Assembly: GCF_001194135.2 (NCBI RefSeq)
Contig: NC_068982.1
Location: 172,897,078 to 172,938,087 of the forward strand
Source of the DNA: Octopus bimaculoides
Taxonomy: Eukaryota
Reading direction: 5' to 3'
Length of the DNA stretch: 41,010 bases
Shown: in pieces, positions 11,833 to 23,727 of the stretch
Layout: every line of letters begins with the position of its first letter
Numbering within the stretch: position 1 is the stretch's first letter
Position numbers and translations under genes: made by a program
Notes under the pieces: model-generated
The model's database searches: none
Seen by the model: the letters and a program-made list of their open reading frames with translations, nothing else
Told to the model about the DNA's origin: nothing

Positions 11833-12378
11833 CTATGACTACATAAATATTAGGTTAAATTAAGAACATCTATACTATGTGTGTGTGTTTGAAATAATCT
11901 GCTAAAGTGCTGTATACATGTCTTTGTGCATATATCTTGGACTGTGTGCTATGTGTGTGTACAGTACATGTATATATGTATGTCACACACACACGTATTC
12001 AAAAATATCATGCGATATTCTTATATTGGCCTCAATATATATATATTGACTTACAAAGTTTTATGAGGTTGTTTGCATTGTATCTCCTTAGTCTTGTGTG
12101 TTTTGTTTTGTTTACTTTTCCTTGATTATTGGTTCTTTACTTATTCCTCATATGCATGCGTGTATGTTTGTGTGTGTGTGTTTATAAGTGACATGCATGT
12201 ATGTATTACTTTTTGATCATACATACGCAAGTCAGATATGAGTGTGAGAGAATGTTAGATGAAGACCTGTAATGATGTATTTATATATAGATATATATTT
12301 ATGCATATATATAGATGTGTATATGTTATGCATGTACACATATATTTATGTATACATATATATATTGCCATGATAGAT

Positions 12379-12562
12379 CGCTGACCACTACATTTGTATT
12401 TTTTTCTCCGTGTTTCTCTTATTTCTTTCTGTGTTCCTTTCAGTTAAAGAGCGTAGGCTCGAAACGTCAAAGACTTTCTCTATGACTGAGCGTTAAACTA
12501 ATACATCCATTTGTTGTTTACACTATCTGTCTTCGTCTGTTGATTTTTTTTTCGTAAATTCT

Positions 12563-12564
<2 letters not shown>
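12379..12564 (+). mobile_element. Penelope-like element end with a degenerate minimal hammerhead (12437-12472), abutting (TA)n
   Basis: cttt-cagttaa-a-gagc(gtag)gctc-gaaa-cgtc-aaag topology, followed by gcgttaaactaatac. Confidence 0.55.

Positions 12565-12650
<86 letters not shown>
12565..12650. repeat. (TA)n microsatellite, about 43 units
   Basis: Directly visible. Confidence 0.95.
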
Positions 12651-12653
<3 letters not shown>

Positions 12654-12774
12654 GCACACACATTAATACACATAGTGTCCCATAAACGTACTGCTTGTTA
12701 TATAATTATATTTATCTAGCTGTGTGTGTGTATGTGTGTAACTGTACATACATGTACATATATACACGATAGGA

Positions 12775-12935
12775 TAAGGACAACACAGGAGGAATGAGGT
12801 TTAACAAGTAAGGTATTAGCTTAATGCTTTCGGGAAACGATAAAATGTCTTAACATTTCGGGTGTTAGTCCTTCATCGGAAGAAAAAGAGTAGCAAAATG
12901 GAGTAAGTGTGGAAAAGGGGTGAAAAAATTGGCAA
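12775..12935 (-). mobile_element. Second Penelope-like end with a degenerate minimal hammerhead (12848-12883)
   Basis: Minus strand tctt-ccgatga-a-gg(actaacac)cc-gaaa-tgtt-aaga, followed by gcattaagctaatac (shared with 12379-12564). Confidence 0.5.
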
Positions 12936-12959
12936 AGGGTTAGAAACAGTAGATATGCT

Positions 12960-13330
12960 GTTCTATGGGTGGAGTAAGAAGCATGCAAGGAAGGAATGTT
13001 TGTTTGTACCTATCTCTAGAAACATGGTATGGGGGTGGGCAGAGTGGTGTGTGTGCAGACGTGTGCAAGTACAGTAACAGGTTAATGGGGATGCAGCGAT
13101 GATGGTTTGTGTATGTAACCATTTGTTGGGTGGTGTGGAAGCGTGCCTGTGAGAAGGTGGAGAACATGTGTGAGTGTAATGAGGGGTGGGGGAGATGGTG
13201 ATGCAAATGGAGGTGGCTGGTGCAATGATTGCTGGTGTCCAAAAGATGGCAAGAGACAGGTAAAACCCACAGGAAAGTGATAGCTGTGATGAGAAGCTGG
13301 TAAAATCCATGGGGAAGAAAGATCTGTAAT
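12960..13330. repeat. GT/GA-rich degenerate low-complexity tract
   Basis: Purine- and G-rich tggtg/gatgg motifs; explains the His/Pro/Thr-rich antisense ORFs. Confidence 0.7.
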
Positions 13331-13473
13331 AAGTGTTGAATGATGAGAATGAGTGCTCAACACCCAGTTGGTGGATAATTTATTAAAGCTACCATTGGTT
13401 TCATGTAAAGAAAAATATCTTAATATCATTACAATTTTCCAAGCCGATCACATGGAGGGTTGGTGTTCATCTC

Positions 13474-13532
<59 letters not shown>

Positions 13533-15641
13533 GGTGTATGTTATGGGTGAGCTTTGCACACCATTTGAAACCTGCTAAATTTTTTTTTGTAATAACTCCC
13601 TTATTGCACTGTTATTGCAGTCTCATTGTATATAGTAATAGCCTACAGTTTGTATGTTTATACTGATGCTACAATAGTAGACTCAGTACATAAGCATATC
13701 CTGTAACATGAACCACCACACGCACGCACACACACACACACATGTGCAGAAAGGGACAGAGGTTTGTTGGGTATTTAGCTGTGATCATCGTGTCTTTTTA
13801 TGTATCAATATCTCCAGTGGTTATTTCAGACTGAAGTTTGTGATTTGTCCGTTATCTGTAACATGTGAAGCAGCCATGTATAGACACTCTGCCATTGTCA
13901 TTGACTTTTGAGATAATCTTTTAGTCTTTTGCTAGTTTCAGTTCTTCAGCAACATGGCTGAATGAAAATACCTCAGGATGCTGTTGCATGGTCAATTCAA
14001 ATTGATAGGTTCTCACATATGTAATGTAGTGAATGGGAAAACTTTCACTCAACTGATTTTACATTGATTTAATAGTAGATTTGGTAGACAAAAGCTACTT
14101 CTGCAAAATCAAGGAAGATAACTCTTGTAAGATCAATTGATTGAAATTTTTGGTTAGTGTACTCAGTAAAGAGGATCTCGTCTTTCAAACCAATTGGTTA
14201 AAGCAACAGATATATTTTAGTTTTATTAAAAGCATATTTTACTCAGTTGGCAATATTATGAGCAATTAGTGTATGTGAAAATAGAAGTAATGTGATACTG
14301 ATTAGAATATCAACAATATGGCTTTCTCGGGAGAGCATTCTGTAGACTAAATGAAAAGACAATAAGATCTCTATATAGTGATTATCTAAGCAATTAGTAA
14401 ATTAAAAACACCTTCTTGGAGTGTTTGAAATCTATTTATCAAGCTACTAGCTTAGACCAATGTAACACACATCTACCAAATCCAACCCATTAGGTATTAG
14501 TCAGTCTGATGCTGTGGCACTTGCCCAAAATGCTGTGTTGTGGAACTGAGTCTGGAATCTTATGGTTTGTTGCAAAGCAGACATTTCAGCCAAACCTTTT
14601 AAGCCTTACTGTCTTAAAAAAAAAAGTGGTCACATTGAATAATGTAGTTGAAGAAACACTTTGTTTAAACAGAAGATGGGACTTTGATTACATAGAAGTT
14701 TGTTTGATCAGATTGGACCAGTGTGAAAAAAAAAAACCTAGCAGCAAAATTTATTTCCATCTGCCAATTCACCTCCACCTCAACCACCATATCCCCCTTT
14801 GGCTGCTGCTCCTATCGTTACCAGACCGCATTTTTGGAAAACCTTAATTCTGTGCAATCATTTAATAATGCTGTTTTTACTTCTTGCTTATTTTGATTAA
14901 GAGAAATATCAGATAAATAATTAAAAGCATTAAACTCATAGGGGAGGGTCGGGTAAATAAATGTTGTTTCTGCTTTTCATTTTTTTTATTAATCTTTTTT
15001 TTTTTTGTATAATTATGTTGATGATGATTTAATTAGTGTGTTTTGTTAGTGATGCAACATGGTCTATGCAGAGCAAATTAACAATTCTACAAAAACAAAA
15101 AAAAAACCCCAAAAGACAAACATTAGGATGGCATTGTTGTGTGATAAGACAAACCACTCTTGAAATGTTTTCATGTATTTTCAATGTTACTGATGTTGTT
15201 TATAATAAGTATCGTTTTTTAGTTGAATAAACATTATTTTGGGTGATTATTTTATTTACCTTTTTTTTTTCTAGTTTTATGTATTTTTTGTTGTTTGAGT
15301 TCCACCGCCACTTCCTTTGTTTCACTAATGCATAGTCTGCAAAAAATTTCATTATGGGATTGTTGGGCAGCAGAATGAGTAATGCATTGTACAAAACACT
15401 AGTTAGTATTTAGATCAAATACATTTTGTTGTGGCATTTACCTCTTAGTCCTCTAGGGGTCAATGACCTAAGCAGCTTGACCCTTTGGGGTAGACAGCTT
15501 TACTACCATTATGAATCTGGTGTTCAATTCAGCATTATACTTATAAACTGATCTGGTACTTGGACCAAGAATCTCATCATTATTACTGGTTTTTGATTAC
15601 CATTGTAGCAGATGGAAGAATTCACAGAATGGTGATGGGAC

Positions 15642-16009
15642 AAAGTGTCTCTTGGTATTTAGTTTGGTCTTAGTATGTTCTGCTGAGGTTGTTTTCCTTC
15701 CATTTCATCCTAGGTTGATAAAATGAACATCAGTATAAAGTACAGTGGCAGAGAGAGCATCCAGCTAGATTAATTCTTCTAAACTGCTATTTATAAGTAA
15801 GATGTGGTCCTTAAACTTGTCTAGGAGGGATGAACCTGTCTAAGAGGGATGAAAATGTCCTTTAGTATTTAGTTTGGTCTCGGTATGTTCCCTGAGTGAT
15901 AAAACATCAATATAAAGAATAGTGACAGAGAGAACATTTAGCTAGAGAAATTCTTCTAAAATGCTGTATGTATGAGGCAAAATGTGGTCCTTAGATCTGT
16001 CTAGGAGGG
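15642..16009. repeat. Diverged direct tandem duplication (15642-15829 / 15852-16009)
   Basis: Both units run gtatttagtttggtct...aattcttctaaa...atgtggtcctta...gtctaggaggg. Confidence 0.85.
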
Positions 16010-16107
16010 CAGTGACTATAATTAAAAAAAAACTATTGGATTGAGACAACTTGGTCAGCCTATGCCAGCATAGAAAGTGGATATGATATGATGATAATGA
16101 TGATCTA

Positions 16108-16144
<37 letters not shown>

Positions 16145-16476
16145 ATGCACACATTCATATTCCTGCACATGGATTTGTGTATCAAGTATGAAACAAAAAA
16201 AAAGAAGGAACACATTTAACTATACAAAGAGTATGAAAATAAGCCTTTTAAGCATGCCTACATAAACATACATGTTTAGACATCTTCACAGGACATAATT
16301 CTAATTCATCTAAATGTTTAGATATTTTCCATCAAGAGAATGGTCAGAGAATTATCTTTAGTTTAGAGGTATGCTGAAAGTTGGTATTACAGAAGAAATA
16401 TAACAAGAAAGGGAGAATTCAAATGGTACAATATGTGTGGATGTATACGTGTATAATATGAGTGTGTGTGCACATT

Positions 16477-16480
<4 letters not shown>

Positions 16481-16542
<62 letters not shown>

Positions 16543-16562
16543 CATATATATATATATATATA
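16481..16562. repeat. (CA)n-(TA)n microsatellite
   Basis: Directly visible. Confidence 0.95.
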
Positions 16563-16748
16563 TCCGTCCTTGGTTAAGTATCTAAGATGGTTTAATGAGT
16601 GGTAATTAGTTTGTTTATTAAGAGTTGCAATTTAGGTCCATTACAGAGTAGTTAACTTCGTGGTATAATAATAATAAGCTGGCAATTTACTCTAATTTCT
16701 TTCTCTTCTGCCTGCCACTCCACTCTGCTTTTTCTCACACCACTCTAC

Positions 16749-16779
<31 letters not shown>

Positions 16780-17220
16780 TGTTATTGATGTTAACATCCT
16801 ATTTATCAAAATGTCAGCATATAATATTGTGTATGAATAGGCAGTTGTTTTTATATAGGCTTTTAGTTTGTGTATGTCTGCAAACACAGACTTGTTATAT
16901 GCTGTGCCGATCAGTCATCTTGATGTTGATTGAGCAACTTGCACATGGCAGGGTAACTCTAAGCGGATCAGCCACTGTTTCCAAATAGCTTAACTCTGTG
17001 CTGTGTATTGAGCATACAATGTATTTTACTGTCCAAAACATGTGTGTTTGCGTGTATCTCTTTTTCTTCCCATGTGTGTGTGTAAAAGTTTACATGAACA
17101 TTGTTTAGTATAAATAAATGTTTTTCATTTTTCTGTTTTGAAAAACTGAAACAATGCAAATTATAAGAAATAAATCGATGATTTGTACTTTTATTTGCCA
17201 TTTCATTTTGATATTTGAAA

Positions 17221-17269
17221 TAACTTTATTAACCTGTACTCCTTTTTCTTCTTGTTCTTTCAGGTAAGT
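17221..17269 (+). promoter_or_regulatory. Candidate recursive splice site (juxtaposed 3'ss/5'ss, zero-length exon)
   Basis: tattaac branch-like motif, tract ctcctttttcttcttgttcttt, then cag|gtaagt (AG 17262-63, GT 17264-65). No other AG in the roughly 95 nt upstream. Confidence 0.5.
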
Positions 17270-18120
17270 CAAGTGCTGTGATTCTCTGTTGGACATGTGG
17301 GTTCCTGAATGTATGTATGTAACATTCTGTTCAATACCATTTTGTGTCTTTATTTATTTATTTGTCTACTGCTTGGAACTTGAAATAGTGAATATGAGAT
17401 GCAGTTATTTTGGTCTCTTTAAATTTTAACTACTAACATGCATTAGACTTACCAATAGATGGAGCTGTGAGTACATGGTTACACTGAAACAGCACAACAC
17501 TGGTGTGGACTTGAGAGAGACTATTAAAAGGGATTTGAACTTGTGTCTTTGTGTTGGATATCTCAATGTAATTTCATAGTTACCAATACTACACCCCCTC
17601 CCCACTGGTAGGATACACCCCTGTAAGAAAATAATTTCATAGTACTGTTTTACATGGTCCCTAACTACATAGATCTCTTTATTTGGCCATCACTTTTGCA
17701 AACCCATTGAGGTTGGTGATGTAAGCTAGAGTCAGCAGACAGGAAAAGGTAGGTGTTAAAGGAGTTCCAGCAAGTTTCAATTCCCCAGAGGAAGTGTTTT
17801 GTGCAGGATGGGTGGTACCCTCAGCAAAATCCACCCTTCATTTTAAAACTTCATAGTCACACTAATGTTCCTCTGACAGATCATATTAACCCCAGCAGAT
17901 GCACAATAAGTGCGTCTGTGACCTGTATATTTTCTCAGTGTAAACATTTCAGTTACTAAATTTCTTTTCATTTTTTTTTTTCTTTTTTGTTTAATTTAAT
18001 TTCATTTCATTTTTAATACCAGCTTTGGGCATTTTATACTAACATGGTCATGTTTTAATTGAGATCTTGATATTACAAGAAAGATATCGTGAGATTTTGT
18101 TTAATCAACACTTACTTTAA

Positions 18121-18305
18121 TCCTTTAGCATTTAATCTTGCTTTTTCTGGCCCCATTATTCTGCCTGTTTTATGTTTAAACTGACTGGATCTAGCCTCTC
18201 ACACCTATCTTACAATGTTATTCTAAAAATAAACAATCATGTCATTGAAATCTCAATGCTACAAAATAATGCATGATTAATTCAAAGCAATGTGAAAATA
18301 AAAGC
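18121..18305 (+). mobile_element. Same CCCTTTAGCATT MITE family, running into (CATT)n
   Basis: ttaa|tcctttagcatt...ctctcacacctatcttacaatg...; matches 22139-22320. Confidence 0.65.
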
Positions 18306-18343
18306 ATTCATTCATTCATTCATTCATTCATTCATTCATTCAT

Positions 18344-18478
18344 CATCGTCATCGTCATCATCGAACACCTATTCTCCATGCTGGTATGGGCTGGATGGTT
18401 TGATCAGAGCTGGTTAGCAGGAGTGCTGCACCAGGTTCCACTCTGATTTGACTTGGTTTCTACAGCTGGATGTCCTTC
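18344..18478 (-). mobile_element. Retroposon family D 3' part
   Basis: catcatc...ccatgctggtatgggctggatggtttga...ggtttctacagctggatg. Confidence 0.7.
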
Positions 18479-18573
18479 AACAAAGTAATCTGAAAGGTTA
18501 AATATTAATTGTTCAAAGCAACCATTTCCATTTTTTTCTTCACAATTTTCACCTTAATGTGTCTCATACCCAT

Positions 18574-18620
<47 letters not shown>

Positions 18621-19116
18621 TGTCACACCTGTTTCATTTCTTCACCATGTTTGCTGTTATCCTCTGTTCAATATCTCCATTATTCGCCATCTAGTCATTT
18701 CCAGTCCTACTCCGTTTCAGTGACATTTATGGACTTCACAGTATCATTGGGTTTTGATTGTTTTAGGGTCGTTTCATGATCTTTCCATCATTTAAAGTTA
18801 CAGATAAACAGTTCTAAAAAGAAAAGAACAATTATTCGTGACAACTTTAAGAGTACCATATTCTTGCTATTTATCAATTCCTCTCTGGTGATTGCTTTCT
18901 CTTCAGATACAATATAACAATGATTTTATTCAAGAAAAATATATACAACAAAAAGATCATGTAACTAGTTTATCTGAGCAAAGCATGTTCTCCTGGCATG
19001 GTGGGTCCTATTCATAAACTTTTAAGTGTTAATGGCAGCAATAATGAATTTGCTTTCATGCAGTATGTCTTTTTAAAAATTTTTTTATAAATGAATTTTG
19101 CAGAATTTGTTCCTCC

Positions 19117-19493
19117 CCAGGCATGGCTGTGTGGTAAGAAACTTGCTTCCCAATTGCACAGTCTAGGTTCAGTCCCACCCTGGGCATATGTTTTGTACTA
19201 TAGCCTTGAGCCAACCAAAGCTTTGTGAGTGGATTTGGTAGACAGAAACTGAAAGAAGCCTATCGTATATATGTATATGTTTATATATCTATATATGTGT
19301 GTCTGTGTCTGTTCCCTCACCACCGCTTGACAACTGGTGTTGATGTGTTTACATCCCCATATCTTTGTGGTTTGGCAAAGGTGACCAATAGAATGAGTAC
19401 CAGGCTTAAAAATAAATACTGGGGTTGATTCGTTTGACTAAAATTTCTAAGTACAGACCCAGCATGGCTGCTGTTCTAATGATTGAAACAAGA
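19117..19493 (+). mobile_element. SINE family A, full length, diverged
   Basis: Same head, core and tail as 22321 and 40026. Confidence 0.85.
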
Positions 19494-20199
19494 TACCTTT
19501 CTCATACATATAGTTTCATCTCAACTCTGTAAGCTCTGCCAGTTATATAGTCTTTTTGAGCTGTCATACTTCTTTTACAGCTTTGTGGATTGGGCTGCAT
19601 TGTTTAGGTTATATCTCAGAGTCACTGAAGAACTCACTGCAGCACTGGTGATACAATTGAAATGGCTGACACTGTGACCAGGAGGTGGGAGTTGGGCACT
19701 TTGATCGACTCATTCAGCTGTGATCCTCTTAAAGCTGAAAAAAAAAAAAAAATTCCTCTCTTCAAGTATAAACAATTCCACTTCAAATTGCAACTACGAA
19801 GAACTCTGCTTAGAGTTTCAAAAATAATCTGACATCTATATGTTATTCAACACTGCAAATATAATTACAAGGAATGGATTGTCTGCTGGCACATCAAACT
19901 AATTATACTTGACCTTTATTGTTTCATTGATCTCTTTCATTATTTCTTCAGATTTTCCAAAATATCTTGTTTTGACCAATTAAACATAATTATTCATAGT
20001 GCTCTTTGACTGATCCCCCACTCGCCCTCATTAATGTGTGTGTGTGTGTAGTAATGCTTATTTTTGTGTAAAGTTATATAAAGACAGTCAAACATTAATT
20101 GAAGACTTTCTCAGTTCCTTTTTTAAGTAGATTTTATTTTCACATGATTAAGGTTGATAGTGACTTCAAAGTTTCAGCTTTATGTTGGGTAATCTTTCT

Positions 20200-20384
20200 G
20201 TCATTAAATTTCTGTTTGTTGCGGTTAATTTTGGAAATAAGGAAGAATTTAGTTAAACAACTTTGTCACTATTAAACTTGGTGTCTGGAACACAAATCAA
20301 CTTGAAATTATGGTGGAAGGTTTTAATTTAGATCACTGTAAAACACAAGAACTTGTGTCCTCAGGCAGGCTGGTATCAAAAGGG
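20200..20384. mobile_element. piggyBac-like MITE, partial
   Basis: Ends caaaaggg|ttaa (20385-88); aligns by eye to the 27470-27967 element without the hAT insert. Confidence 0.6.
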
Positions 20385-20444
20385 TTAAATCAGACAGTCC
20401 GATGGTGACAGTTAAGCTGAAACTTCAACCACTGTGAATCTTTC

Positions 20445-20490
<46 letters not shown>

Positions 20491-22138
20491 CCACATTCAT
20501 CATAATCATCATTTGATATCCATTTACCATGCTATACCTACATATGTATGTATATTTGTGGGTGGATGATGGATCAAGGGATGGATGGAAGGGTGGGGTT
20601 ATGGTATTGTGCTACAACCTTTAATATTCTGAGCTGGAAAATGCTGCAGGCGTCTGAATGTGTTTCTGTGCAGCAGATTCTACATAATTCTATAAATTGT
20701 TTCAGTTTCTCTCACTGTTTTTAGCAATAAGTACCAACTACCTGATCAATCATGGAGCTTTAACTGCAATAGTTGTCCTATCCAGTGATATATTTAGCTA
20801 ACTGCTTAAATCTATAAAACTGAAGCTTAATTTAATATTCGTTTCAGTTTTTGTCAGTAGCCTATGTGCACCAAAATCTTAATAGTATATGAAATTTTCC
20901 TGTGACAAAACTATGTGCCATACTGAATGTGTAATAACTATAACTAATTAATTGCTTCATTATATGAGTAGCCCTTTCTGTGAATATTAATTCCTTTGTG
21001 CACTCATTAATTTCTTTTGTATGCTGGTCGCAAAACATGCGCAGCTTAGTGGGGGAACAATGCTAAGCCCCCTTTAAAAAGCCCGTTGGGACTCAGGGGA
21101 AATTCTATTGTTTCCATATATCACTTCTGGGTTCACATCTTCTGGTTTTGTCTGGTATTGCTTTGTCTTCCATTTTATCCCCCTCTCTGCAACAGTGTAA
21201 GGGTAGCAGCAGTGGTGGCATTGGTGGTGATGTAATGAAATAAAGCCAAAACCATATTGCAGGAGTCTGGACATGTTTGATATCAGCCACTGTTTTGTCT
21301 GTCTTTCTCAACCAAAGTAAGAAAAGATTATTAATATTATTCATTAGTTTGATGCCTTGATATATAGTCAACTATTTTCCTCCCCATCTCTTTCAAAAAA
21401 CAAAAGAAAAATGGCTGGCTTCATTCCTTGTTTCTATCTAAGAAATTAATATTTTCATTTGCTACTGAGCTAGATGGCTATATTTTTCAAGTTGCTCTTC
21501 AAAACACTCAATTCTTTCTCCCATGTGCCTCTGCATTGAATAATATTTTTAAATAAATTTATCGACATATTTACATATAAAAAAAAACCTTTCAGAATTT
21601 ACAAGTTTGCCTTCACGGGGTTCAGACAATAGAAGTTCATTCTTATTTGAAGTATTTTTGTTTCTTTGTCTATGCAAATGGGTAAAACGAACGACGAAAA
21701 GCAAAGTCAACTACAGCCAAATTTGAGCTCAAAATTTCCATGAATAATATTACTACCAATATGAACATTTCTAGTGCTTTCATTGGTAACAACAACAACT
21801 GTGACACTCACATGTAGTTACACCACCACTTGCTGAGCAAGAAATACACAAATGGAAGAAATTTTGGCAAAATTACTTCAAAACATTATACTGTAAACTT
21901 TATAGACAAAGCTGTCTGAAACTGATTTGTGACAATATTGTGTTATAAGGGACTTTATTTCCTTGCCTGAAAATGTATTGAAATGTAGAAACTGGGTAAA
22001 CTGACTCAAATTTGCCTCACGAAAGAATATCTCTATGTCCACAATGCACCAGTTAAGAGAAGCTCTGACAAATATTTGGAATAGCACTTTGTATGTAGAG
22101 AAGGGCAAATTTTGAAATATCATCTGAGTGACCTTTAA

Positions 22139-22320
22139 CCCTTTAGCATTCAAAGCAGCCATATCCGGCCAAAATATTCTACCTGTTTTATGTTCAAATT
22201 GGTCAGATCTGACCTCTCACACCAATCTTACATTATCATTCTAAAAATTAACAGTTACCTCATAGAATCTCTCAAAGTTACAACATGATGCATGATCAAT
22301 TCAAAACAATGTGAATAAAT
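22139..22320 (+). mobile_element. Same CCCTTTAGCATT MITE family, 3'-truncated where a SINE begins
   Basis: ttaa|ccctttagcattcaaa...; internal match to 18121-18305. Confidence 0.7.
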
Positions 22321-22476
22321 AGGCGGTTGTGTGGTAAGAAGCTTGCTTCCCAACCACACGGTCCCGGGTTCAATCCCACTGTGTGGCACCTTGGGCAGGT
22401 GTCTTCTACTATAGCTTAGGGCTGATCAAAGCCTTGTGCATGGATTTGGTAGATAGAAACTGAAAGAAGCCCATCG

Positions 22477-22513
<37 letters not shown>

Positions 22514-22790
22514 TTATATATATATATATATATATATATANNNNNNNNNNNNNNNNNNNNNNNNNNNNNNNNNNNNNNNNNNNNNNNCGCTCTTCCGATC
22601 TATATATATAATTTGTGTGCCTGTGTTTGTCCCTCCTCCCACTCGCTTGACAAGTAATGTTGGTGTGTTTACATCCCGGTAACTTAGCAGTTCGGCAAAA
22701 GAAACTGATAATCTCTTACTAGGGCTACAAAGAATGAGTCCTGGGGTCGATTTGTTCGACTAAAGGCGTTGCTCCAGCATGGCCACTGTT
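22321..22790 (+). mobile_element. SINE family A, near full length, gap in the internal microsatellite
   Basis: Head ggttgtgtggtaagaagcttgcttcccaaccac...ggttcaatccc and 3' ctggggtcgatttgttcgactaaaggcg...ccagcatggcc. Confidence 0.85.
22588..22601 (-). other. Illumina adapter remnant
   Basis: CGCTCTTCCGATCT is the reverse complement of AGATCGGAAGAGCG, at a gap edge. Confidence 0.97.
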
Positions 22791-23138
22791 ATATTGCATA
22801 ATATATTTGCCACTCCTCTCATTTTTATATAACTTTGTTTACACCAATGTCTCTGTAATTCCCTTTGCGTATATTCTTGTAATATAAATGGACCCTTGTA
22901 GCAAATAATGGTTAGTCTGTTTCTGATAATGGAATTTTCTTCTCAGCATCAACTTCAATGGTATTTTTCTAAGTTTCTTATTGGTATCAGTTTTACCTGC
23001 CATCTTTCGGGGCATTTAATTCTAAGTTGTTCATGAACACCAGTAATTATCTAGGGTAACTGCGTTTATCAAATTACTCTCTTTTGTCTGCAAGGATAAA
23101 AAGATTATGATGCACTCTGCTACTGTGGCAGCGGTGGA

Positions 23139-23210
23139 TGCTGCTGCTGCTGCTACTACTACTACTACTACTACTACTACTGCTGCTGCTGCTAGTAGCA
23201 GCAGCAGCAG
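23139..23210. repeat. (CTG)n-(CTA)n-(CTG)n-(CAG)n compound triplet repeat
   Basis: Directly visible. Confidence 0.95.
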
Positions 23211-23372
23211 GATCAGGTATTAGTGGTTATGGAATACAGTGAAATTCTAAATGTATAACTTTTCACATCCGTTTCTGTGTAATGGATCAGTCTTGAAGCT
23301 TGCCTTTCTTCTCTGTAGAATTATTCTTGTTAGACAGAAAGATTTGAATGGAACACTGTTCTCTTTTGCACA

Positions 23373-23374
<2 letters not shown>

Positions 23375-23447
<73 letters not shown>

Positions 23448-23458
23448 TTTCTTGTAGT

Positions 23459-23484
<26 letters not shown>
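23375..23484. repeat. (CA)36 followed 12 nt later by (TG)13
   Basis: Directly visible. Confidence 0.95.
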
Positions 23485-23493
<9 letters not shown>

Positions 23494-23530
23494 AAAAATG
23501 TGTTGTTTGATCCAGCTTCTTTGAACTTAC

Positions 23531-23727
23531 CTTCTGTTCTGCCGATTCCATTCCTTTTGGAACTTGTTCTTTGAACGTGTGCAAACCTCCTCAACCATTC
23601 CTTTGTTGTATTTAACTATTTGTTGTTGTTTATTGTTTTTCTCTTTCTCTTTTCTGTAATGTCTTTTATTATCAAAGGCTTCTCTGATCTTGTACCATTC
23701 CTGTCATAGCAGGTCATTTCTCTGTTA
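23531..23727 (-). other. Candidate minus-strand exon, mostly non-coding, ending in ATG-MESAEQK
   Basis: On the minus strand, acceptor ttttttttctctctttccttctttaaag| and donor cagaag|gtaagt. ATG at 23551 gives 7 codons to a phase-0 donor. Confidence 0.3.

Noticed and set aside
17453-17620. Minus-strand 168-nt open exon (ttacag| ... ttg|gtaagt), phase-compatible with MESAEQK
   Set aside because: The sequence looks like a decayed SINE (GTTCAAATCCC B-box, family C-like body) and the peptide is unconvincing; an open 56-codon frame can arise by chance.
21900-22090. Tc1/mariner-like peptides (HNAPV.., LREALTNIWNS) and the 94-aa minus ORF
   Set aside because: The two motifs come from the same bases in different frames, so they cannot both be real; no TIRs.
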